64,000 nt of DNA, taken from the IMG/VR virus record IMGVR_UViG_3300031775_000001, positions 1 to 64,000 of that record. The stretch is one strand, 5' to 3'. Made by a program: the position numbers and the translations under genes. Numbering within the stretch: the first letter of the stretch is position 1; each line of letters starts with the position of its first letter. This document shows, in pieces, positions 8,104-16,616 of this stretch. The stretch is from a virus (taxonomy: Duplodnaviria; Caudoviricetes). Below the pieces are notes generated by a model. The model searched no databases. It had not been told where the DNA came from and saw only the letters and a program-made list of their open reading frames with translations.

Positions 8104-8259
8104 TCATCGATTCCGTTTCCCTTCTTGGGCTTTTCTGACCTTTTGGGTCACCATTACATTTGAATCAGAAAGAGACTCTACCAAAGGCTTATTTCCGGTG
8201 TGAGAGGTCTTCTTTCCTAATTTACTTCCTGCTCTTTGAACTATATTTGTTTTACTCAT
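8104..8259 (-). CDS. small basic protein (51 aa, MSKTNIVQRAGSKLGKK...), below the ORF-track cutoff
   Basis: Translated by hand; ATG lies 6 nt after TTGACT-17-TATCTT (8266-8294). Confidence 0.55.
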   Translation of the reverse strand: MSKTNIVQRAGSKLGKKTSHTGNKPLVESLSDSNVMVTQKVRKAQEGKRNR

Positions 8260-8290
8260 TGTATTAAGATAATCTAGAATTTATGAAAAG

Positions 8291-8650
8291 TCAAATTAAT
8301 TTTTCATAATCAACGAAAAAACCTTGATCCGAAGCAGAAGTAGAGGCTCCGGCAAAAACTGGATTGTTATTCTCTTCATAACATTTCGTATGATAAATGG
8401 TCGCCCTGTTCTCAAAATGCAGGGCAAGTTGCTCATCCCCTGTATATTGATTCAATTCTTCATCTTCCCATGATTCGGCATATTTGTCGGTGCGACCACC
8501 AAGTCCACCATACCCATCGTACTCCCCTTGGAGAACTTCTCCTGTCTTCAAGACCATAGTCATCTTGTTCATCCAATCTACTTCCGGTGGGCAATAAGGA
8601 GATAAAACACTCTTATTGCAACACTTACAATTCCAACTAAAAAATCCCAT
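8291..8650 (-). CDS. hypothetical phage protein (119 aa; MGFFSWxCxCC, YDGYG motifs)
   Basis: Cys-rich N-terminus, possibly Zn-binding. Confidence 0.7.
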   Translation of the reverse strand: MGFFSWNCKCCNKSVLSPYCPPEVDWMNKMTMVLKTGEVLQGEYDGYGGLGGRTDKYAESWEDEELNQYTGDEQLALHFENRATIYHTKCYEENNNPVFAGASTSASDQGFFVDYEKLI

Positions 8651-8809
8651 CTTATTATTTCCTTATTTTATTTAATTTAATTCTTACTTCGGCGCGAATC
8701 TTTTCATCAATCGGCCCTTGCCAAGCGCATTCTTTGATTATACCAAAGTCATATTCATTTAAAGCATTTATTAGCACCCGAACTTCTTCTTTACTTAGAT
8801 TTATTTCAT

Positions 8810-9217
8810 TCATGTCGATATTAACACTTTGTGTGGTTTAAAACGAGTTAGGCAAGAAAACCACCTTGGCTCATTAAGTTTATTTACAAAAGATGTGTTC
8901 TTATATGGATTGTAGGTGATTTCATCAAGGGAATCATCTGAACAGTCGTCCCAACAAGCATATTCCGGCTCCGGATGAACAATATAACCACAAATTCCCG
9001 CGTGGACGTTCTTTCTCTTCTCCTTTAGGACTCTCTTTCTGCCCTTGGGATTAATCTTGAAGTTGCAATTATATAAATTAATTTCCGTGGCATGGACTTT
9101 TACCAAACCATCTTGTTTAATAGACCAACAGTCTTGATGTAGGTTTTTATAAACAAACACCTTCTTGGTGCGATCTATTTTATACCGAGGGTCTTCTGGA
9201 TTTCTTTGTCTTATCAT
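8810..9217 (-). CDS. hypothetical phage protein (135 aa; VYKNLH...RKNVHAG motif)
   Basis: Motif pattern typical of a widespread phage family. Confidence 0.75.
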   Translation of the reverse strand: MIRQRNPEDPRYKIDRTKKVFVYKNLHQDCWSIKQDGLVKVHATEINLYNCNFKINPKGRKRVLKEKRKNVHAGICGYIVHPEPEYACWDDCSDDSLDEITYNPYKNTSFVNKLNEPRWFSCLTRFKPHKVLIST

Positions 9218-9232
9218 TTTATCTTTATTTAA

Positions 9233-9628
9233 TTAGATTCCTAATCTTAATTCTTCATAATGATCTTTAATCCTTCTCATTACATCTCCGGTATCATCCT
9301 CACGAGTCTGCAATGCTTCTTTAATCTTCTCCTCCCAAATTTCTTCAAATTCCTTTATCTTGTCTTTGTTTTTCTTCCAAGTATATTTAATTACTTCTTC
9401 ACCACTATTGGTTGTCTTTTCAATCATAACAAACCCAATACTGATTTCCTCGACTACTGCGTAATCCGGCAACTCGCAAGTTCCCGACATTCCTCCTGTA
9501 CAATGAGTCCCTGCATAATCAAAGGAATCGTTTTCAATATCCCATTTTGCTTCTCCTTCCACCCAGAAGGTGAAGTGAGTGCTATCCGTTTCTTCCTCAA
9601 ACTCTAATTCAAAGTCTTTCGTTTCCAT
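9233..9628 (-). CDS. acidic hypothetical protein (131 aa)
   Basis: ATG lies 6 nt after TTGACA-17-TAAGGT (9635-9663). Confidence 0.7.
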   Translation of the reverse strand: METKDFELEFEEETDSTHFTFWVEGEAKWDIENDSFDYAGTHCTGGMSGTCELPDYAVVEEISIGFVMIEKTTNSGEEVIKYTWKKNKDKIKEFEEIWEEKIKEALQTREDDTGDVMRRIKDHYEELRLGI

Positions 9629-9666
9629 GCCAATACCTTACTCCGGTTTTTTAAAGATGTCAAATT

Positions 9667-10188
9667 TTATTTTGAATAACCATAAATTTCTGCCAAGATC
9701 GGCTCTTTCTCTAGTAACTTAGAGTACCTGTCCTTCACATATAATTCCTGTCGGCACTTTGGGCATCTATATAAAGAGTGTTGCCTCACCCTATGTCTCC
9801 TGTAGGTTATTCCGCACCCACAGGTGTCGACGTACTTGTAATGGTTATTTGGTTTAGTTGTATTTTCAGAGTAACTTTTCGGCGCACAACCTATCCTCAC
9901 GCAATGTTTTTTCCAATTCTTTCCGTGATCCGAAGTTCCTCTGTCGTAAAAATCAAGGGCATGGGCAATCTCATGTAGAATTGTGTCTATTATTTCTTCT
10001 TTAGAATTATTTAGAACAAACCACCTAGATAAGAATATTACCCTATGATTACCATACCGGCATTTACCCAAGGATGTCTTGCTATTATTGAACTGGAAAT
10101 CAAAATCATATATTCCATGTTCTTCCATTAAATCCCACGCTAATTCTTCTGCTTCATCGAGTGTCATGCTAATACTATCGCACAACAC
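9667..10188 (-). CDS. SprT-like zinc metalloprotease (likely start MTLDEAEE at 10167)
   Basis: HEIAH zincin motif, HGxxWK motif and C-terminal CxC/CxxC ribbon. Confidence 0.85.
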   Translation of the reverse strand: MLCDSISMTLDEAEELAWDLMEEHGIYDFDFQFNNSKTSLGKCRYGNHRVIFLSRWFVLNNSKEEIIDTILHEIAHALDFYDRGTSDHGKNWKKHCVRIGCAPKSYSENTTKPNNHYKYVDTCGCGITYRRHRVRQHSLYRCPKCRQELYVKDRYSKLLEKEPILAEIYGYSK

Positions 10189-10215
10189 AGGGGTTATGTC
10201 AAACTTTATTTGAGG

Positions 10216-10222
10216 GTGTATT
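10216..10222 (+). promoter_or_regulatory. candidate phage-sigma promoter motif GTGTATT
   Basis: 7 nt before the ATG of the plus-strand ORF at 10230; recurring motif. Confidence 0.35.
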
Positions 10223-10229
10223 TATTAAT

Positions 10230-10412
10230 ATGAATAAAGAAAGAATTATAGATTATTTGACAATACAGATAATGAAAGATAAAAATTTCACAGGGAATCA
10301 TCATTGCCGAGTAAGAGTTGCATGGATACTAGCTAAGAAGCAATATGAATTAATGTCTCTACAAGAAAAAGAAAACCTACTTAGAAAAATTGGTACGGAA
10401 GGTGAGACTTGA
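10230..10412 (+). CDS. hypothetical protein (60 aa), rare plus-strand gene
   Basis: Fills an otherwise empty gap, has protein-like sequence and is preceded by the GTGTA motif. Confidence 0.5.
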   Translation: MNKERIIDYLTIQIMKDKNFTGNHHCRVRVAWILAKKQYELMSLQEKENLLRKIGTEGET

Positions 10413-10467
10413 ACTCACGACCCTCTGCTTAGAAGGCAGATGCTCTATCCGACTGAGCTACTTCCGC
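10391..10467 (-). tRNA. tRNA-Arg (anticodon TCT) with encoded CCA
   Basis: GCGGAAG TA GCTC..GAGC A TCTGC CTTCTAA GCAGA GGGTC GTGAG TTCAAGT CTCAC CTTCCGT ACCA gives a canonical cloverleaf. Confidence 0.97.
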
Positions 10468-10620
10468 ATTTGTTTTTTCGGCAGGAGTGCTATAAAATCT
10501 AACAACTGTATCCGGATCATTTCCGGCATCTTCTATTAAATCTTCATATTTGGGATAATCATCTCCGGAGTCAGAGGTAAATAAATCAAAATCGTACTCA
10601 CCTAAGTATTTCATCTTCAT
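10429..10620 (-). CDS. acidic hypothetical protein (63 aa) whose 3' end runs into the tRNA
   Basis: Stop codon TAA lies in the anticodon loop. Confidence 0.5.
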   Translation of the reverse strand: MKMKYLGEYDFDLFTSDSGDDYPKYEDLIEDAGNDPDTVVRFYSTPAEKTNAEVAQSDRASAF

Positions 10621-11291
10621 TTAGCTTTATTATTTCTGGTACGTATTTGACTTCCGGAACAATCCTTTCTTTCTGTTCATATTTCTTTTCATATATTTCG
10701 CCTAAATTGCTTTTCCCTTTTTCCCAGTCATTCAATTCCTTTTTCGTAAACAAAGAGAAGAGATTTATTAGACTCCCCTCCAGTCCTTTTATTTCATTTG
10801 TTTTTAATGACATATTTATTAAGGGTAAATCAAGTGTTCAATGAAGGGGAAATAAAACTAAGTCGAATAGAAAACTTAGCCACAGAAACCCTTGTCCGAG
10901 AACATCTCTCGACTCTATGCCTTAATTTACCACAAATACTCATAAAACAATATTATATAACGATCAATAGTACATTGTCAAGTCATTTTCACATATTTCT
11001 TGTGTCAAAATCTGCTTATTTGCCCGAAATACCCTTGAAATTCAATTAAATTGACCAAATAGCGTGAGAAAATACGAAAAACACTAGGAATCATCTTTTG
11101 TTAATCCCTCCGGATAACCATGATTATTTCGATTAGCTTTATTTAACCTTTTAGATTCCCTTTTCTCCTTCACTTTATTTCCAATTGATTTAATCTTCCC
11201 ATTGACCCAAGGTAACGATTCTTTTATCTGATTTATTTTATCTTTTATTTGAGTTGGAATATTCATCGCATTTTAAGTGTCCTTTTTTTAC

Positions 11292-11321
11292 TTGACTCCC
11301 CCTAGTAATCCGTGATATAAT
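11292..11321 (+). promoter_or_regulatory. plus-strand promoter TTGACT-18-TATAAT with extended -10 TG
   Basis: TTGACT ccccctagtaatccgTGa TATAAT. Confidence 0.55.
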
Positions 11322-11593
11322 AGATATTGGCGAGCATTGTAAGTCTGGCATTCTCTAATCCTATCTTTTTCACACTTTCTTTCTTTATCTTTTTCTTTAT
11401 ATATCTTTATTGTATTCTATAGTATATGATATTCTATATATGGGGGTAATGTATTTGTGTGTGGTTACGCAAGGATTGGGTTCTTGTTGGGAATACTGAA
11501 TCTCCTTATGATATTAAGCATCATTTGCAAGCCCAAGGAGGCATCTAAAAGGCTCTTTAAACATTCGGGTGAGGTTGTATGTACAAAGCATAT

Positions 11594-14251
11594 TCAAGAC
11601 TCCTTCTTGTTCCTGCTTCCAATATACCGATTTGTATGTACTACTTTTTCATCTCCATCCAAGGAAATTGCAATAACTCTTCCCCTCACTAAATGATGAT
11701 CCGCAGTTGCTTTTGCCCACTTTAACGCAGTCTTTGCCGTCCATGCCGGACTATTTGCACTATAAGCAGATTGATATGTGTTATCTCCATTGATAACCTT
11801 ATAACTAACCACTCTTCCTAATGATTGTCTTAAATTCATGTTTCTTTCTATATGCTTTAAAGTTATATGTTTGTAACTTGAAAGAGATTAAATTGATTTT
11901 TATTAGAACTTGCCACTAATAAGATATAGACTTTCCACCACATTTTCTAATGTTTTATTTAATTGCCTTAAATTAATTGATATATTAATTAGGTTGTCAT
12001 TGATTTGAATTAGATCGTTGTTCCCTTCTTCATTCTTTGAGTCCGGCGAAACAATCCTTTTCCCTTCTCTATATCCGGTCATATAATTCGCCAACTTCTC
12101 CTCAAAGCATTCATCTGACAATCTTTGATCGTCCTCATAAACTGTTCCCTCTGAATCAATATTATTCATCCTGTTTGAAAATTCTCCTCTCTGGAGTTGT
12201 AATTATGCACTTGCTCTTTACTTAGATAATTTTGACTCTCATCGTTGTAAAATTGATTCTCATTCGTTTTATCAATACAAGTTATTGTTACCATGTTTCC
12301 CATTAGAGACTCATCGCAACAGTTTGTCAAGACTTTTTTTACGCCTTCTTCGTCTAAATTTGCAACGTCTAATATAAATCTTGCCATCTTTCAATCCTCA
12401 ATTCTAATGATACAACTCTTCATGCCTCTCTAGGTTGTCTATAATGTCATGTAAATATTCGCACATTGTTTCACGATGATATTCCCTTCCCCCCTCCTCT
12501 GTCAAGGAAAAAAGAACAGGAATCTCTATTTTGTCGGCAAAATCTTGACCAAGAACCTTATGCACCACAATTCCGCGAATGTTATTTCGCTTGCTATTAT
12601 TTACTTCTTTAATTATTTCCATTGTCTTTATTCCCTATTTGACCATGCTTCGCATTCATCCTCGTTGCATCCATTGAAGATTGGCGCTTGCTCTAACATC
12701 TTATTTAATTGATTAATAGCTTGGCTCAAGTGAACAAATGGTTCATCCCATTCAACTCCATGCTCCCCGACAATCCAATACCCACTACTTCTTTCTACTA
12801 TTTCTAAATTCATACTTTATACCTTATGTTATTAATATGATCCTGTCAACACTAAATCCCCTGCTTCCCACATATCCCAATGAGATTCATAAGCATGATC
12901 CCAATCATCATACTCTCCATTTGCTACGGAAATCGTTGCCTCTCGCTTAATTAATTCGTTATCAAATTCTTGCCAATCAAAATCGAGAATCATTTGACCT
13001 CTGTGATAAACTACTTCTTCTATTTCTAAATTCATCTTATATTTTCTCCAAATTAAGTTGAAACACCCCTTCATCTTCAAGCATTTCACCATAAATTTCA
13101 TCATAAACAAAAGCCTTTAATTCTTCTAATGACATATTGTTGACAATTTCCTCCGCAACTTGGTCGATGCTTTCTGACGTATATTCCATTACCTTGAACC
13201 CCCATTGATTTCATCCGCAAGGTTTTGTTCGTGTTGTCTGCGACCTCCTGCGATAATTTCCTCATCAACCAAGTTGTTGATTCTGCTCATGTCCTCGATT
13301 TCGATGACTTCGGGAAAATGCTTCTCTAATACCTTAGCCATTTCTTCCGTACAGTTATTAAATGATTCTGAATACCCTAATTGAGGAGGAGTGTCCGGCT
13401 TTTCTTGATTCTCCATTCTTGATCTTAATTTTAATTCATTTATTCTCTCAATGGCATCTTTGATATTTTCATACGAATTCGGAAATTCAACTCCATCGTT
13501 CTCGATAGCCCAACTTCCGTCTTTTTTTTCAATTAATTTAAACATTTTGTTTCTTTCTTGTTTTCTTTTAATATTCTTCTTCGTTTTCTATGTATTTATA
13601 TCCGCTTTCTTTTAATAAAGATGTGAATTGTAAAAAACTTCCGTAATCTTTGCAAGAAAAAAGTTGTCCTGCGTTTTTCCCTGTTCCATCATCGTAATGT
13701 GCTTGATAGAAATTGCCTATACCATTATGGCAATGTTTAACAAAATACCTTTTTCTTTCATTCATGTCAACTATCTAAGATTGTCGATATTGCCAACTTC
13801 CCCTTTATGAAATTTTTTTCCATCCCACTCAATTCCATATTCCAACAGAAGGTGATGTTCAATTACAATAAGCTCATTATCTGTCTTGGGTTTATCCATC
13901 GGAGGCATCACTTGCATTAAAAGTCTTATTGCCCTATGCAACGCTCTCCACTTTTTCGCACTAACATCTTCTCCCATTTCATAAAGATCAGCAATGTCTG
14001 AAATGTTTTTAAACTCACAAAAACTCATAAATACAATGTACCGGAGTTTTGTTAAAAAGTCAAGAACCTAATATAAGTTTCTCTCGTTTGTTCAAAATAT
14101 CTTCTACTTTAGCCAAACGACACAAAAGGAATTCAATTCTGCCAACATCATCTGTTGAGACGATCTGACTTTCTATGCGATCAAGAATAACTTCAACCCT
14201 GTTTAAATAAGATTCAGTTAATGCCAATGTTTCTTTTTTATTTTTATTCAT
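11594..14251 (-). other. cluster of about 9 short hypothetical ORFs (60-120 aa)
   Basis: Tightly packed minus-strand ORFs; the one starting at 14028 follows TTGACT-17-TACATT by 6 nt. Confidence 0.6.
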
Positions 14252-14257
14252 ATCTAT

Positions 14258-14512
14258 TTATCTTTCTAATTGTTTTGTATTGTGAGGTTGACGACATTTG
14301 ATTAAAGCCTTTGCCTCTACTTGCCTAACATATTCCCTAGATGTACCAACCGCATCACCTATCTGCTTGAGCGTCATGCTAGTGCCATCTCTTAGGTTTT
14401 CTGACCTCCACACCATGAGATTTGCCAGTTTCTCATCGAAATTACTTCCACTCATAACCGGAGTATCAATAACATTCCCATTCTTGTCTTCTATTTGATT
14501 TGCTTTTATCAT
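14258..14512 (-). CDS. stand-alone sigma70 region-4 HTH protein (84 aa)
   Basis: MTLKQIGDAVGTSREYVRQVEAKALIKCR closely matches RpoD region 4.2 (TLEEVGxxFxVTRERIRQIEAKALRKLR). Confidence 0.8.
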   Translation of the reverse strand: MIKANQIEDKNGNVIDTPVMSGSNFDEKLANLMVWRSENLRDGTSMTLKQIGDAVGTSREYVRQVEAKALIKCRQPHNTKQLER

Positions 14513-15428
14513 TTTAATTTATTTTAGCTTATTCTATAACTTGTGTATTTTTTTCCTTTGTAATTAAACGTGAGAATGTCTCGCCCTTGGTAATCTTCTT
14601 CTATGTTCAAGAACTCAACTTCTCTTTCATTAACCCTATCTCCATTAACAATGACGTAGATTGGATTTTCTGTCAAGAACTTATCGTAAGTTTCTTCGAC
14701 ATACTGACAATGTTCTTCAAATTCTTTTTCTTTTTTCTCTTTAGCATAATTTTCGATGTATTCAAAAAAGTCTTCGTGATTTACTTGCTTCATGCCTAAA
14801 TGTTCTCAAATAATTTAAGAGAAGTCAAGGTTTTATTTTTTTATATTTCAAGCACAAAAAACATTAAATAAAATATGCAAACAACAACCATTAATTCCAT
14901 AATTTAAGATTCCGTAGTCAAGTCGATTAAAAAGTCCCTTAGTATCTGACTTTCGTAAAAAGATTTTTCAATATTACCTTTTTCGAGATGGAAAATCATT
15001 GATTTGTGCATGAGTATTACCTCTTCATCATCATCAATTTCATCCATTAAAGCATCTATTGATCTAAGGTTTTGTCCAAATTCAAATGCCCTTCTTAAAG
15101 AGATCATTCAAATCCATCATAATCGTTTATATGAATCTTAGACGCTTTTTTAAGATTAGAATGCAAAAGGTGTCTGGTTGCTGAATCCAAAAGCCTATCC
15201 GGAATCTCATCATCCTTGGGCAACTCATCCATTACGGAATCAACATTCAAGTTCAACGCCAAGCAGAATCCTTTGACTTTTCGATAAATACCAATTCTTT
15301 GGTTTGTTAGTAAAGACCAACATATATCTAATTCAGTTTCTCCTGCTGATTTAATTGATTCAAATAATTCTGTTTCTGTTTCTGTTTTACTCATATATTT
15401 AGTTTATTTATGGTATTAATGACTCATC

Positions 15429-16592
15429 TCACACGGAATGCTTCTTCAGAATTCGAGATTGAGACAACGAAATGTTTTCATCTTCTTCTACGTTAAAACC
15501 TTGGCTTAGAACTATGTACTTGATCTGCTGACAGGTCAAGCCAGAACCAACCATTCGACTCAAGACTTGCTTGATTGTCGGCTCAACCCCATCATCGTGT
15601 TTATTCTCGATGTAGTTTCTGATTGCCATTTCTTCTGGATTATACTCGACATCATCACAATCGTCTTCACAATCGTCTTCATAGTAAGACTCGAAATCTT
15701 CGTCCTCATAGTCATCAGAATAATCTTCCTCGCATTCATCTCCGGCATAAGGTTCGTCATCGTCACTACGCCTTACGACAATAACATTTTTCTTCAATTC
15801 CTTTTGAGCCTCCGTAATGTCCCTAATGACCTTGTACTTGCAGACCCTAAGTTTTTGAAAGTCGCAATCAGTAGGAACACTAACTGCATCTTTAGGATCA
15901 AACTCAACTACAAGGAGTTTTCCAGAATGTCCAGACCAACTGTTTGCATAATCATAAGAACCCACATGAAGTCCATTGGAGCAATGATTGTCCTTATTGT
16001 CATCAACTGAATGCCTAGCGACCTCGATAGTCTCCCCTACTCCATTAAAGATTTGACCACTCTCATTTGTCTTCCCTTGGATTACTACAGTATTCGTATT
16101 TCCGGTGCTAGACCAATAATCGTCACGAACTCCCTTATATCCCCAAATTTTACCATCTTCAGTAATCGGAAGAGACTTATACCCTAGAAAAGTATAAAGT
16201 TCATTAACTGAATTATTAGAAGGATTACTTTGGAGTCTCTTGATATAGTTGACGATAGGAGAAGAATCCTTCAATCCCATCTTCAATAATTGAATCAATT
16301 TTTCAACGACAACCCCATGAAGTTCATGCCCACGGAAAAATAAGCATTCATCCTTTACCTCAAGATCACCATCGACAAAATCCTTCACAACGCTCATCAC
16401 ATCAACATACTGAGATACATCATCGTACCTAGCTTCAATTAATGCCCTTTGCAAGGGTTTAAAGTTTGGATGATCCTCTCTGACAGTATAAGGCTTGCCT
16501 TCGCAAAATACTGTGATGGAATCTTCGCTCATGTTGTATGGTATCTTATTCATAATTTTTTCTATTAATGGTTTCCTAATGTTCAAATCCAA
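15429..16592 (-). CDS. rIIB: RIIB-like protein
   Basis: LPITEDG...YKGV and VDDNKDNHCSNGLHVG motifs; adjacent to rIIA. Confidence 0.85.
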   Translation of the reverse strand: MDLNIRKPLIEKIMNKIPYNMSEDSITVFCEGKPYTVREDHPNFKPLQRALIEARYDDVSQYVDVMSVVKDFVDGDLEVKDECLFFRGHELHGVVVEKLIQLLKMGLKDSSPIVNYIKRLQSNPSNNSVNELYTFLGYKSLPITEDGKIWGYKGVRDDYWSSTGNTNTVVIQGKTNESGQIFNGVGETIEVARHSVDDNKDNHCSNGLHVGSYDYANSWSGHSGKLLVVEFDPKDAVSVPTDCDFQKLRVCKYKVIRDITEAQKELKKNVIVVRRSDDDEPYAGDECEEDYSDDYEDEDFESYYEDDCEDDCDDVEYNPEEMAIRNYIENKHDDGVEPTIKQVLSRMVGSGLTCQQIKYIVLSQGFNVEEDENISLSQSRILKKHSV

Positions 16593-16616
16593 TATTACTA
16601 AATCTTTATACGTGAG

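Noticed and set aside
10391-10467. tRNA as a prophage attachment site
   Set aside because: No integrase and no duplicated tRNA 3' end were seen in the window.
15560-15766. Alternative-frame ORF inside rIIB
   Set aside because: It is a by-product of the GAN-rich acidic linker.
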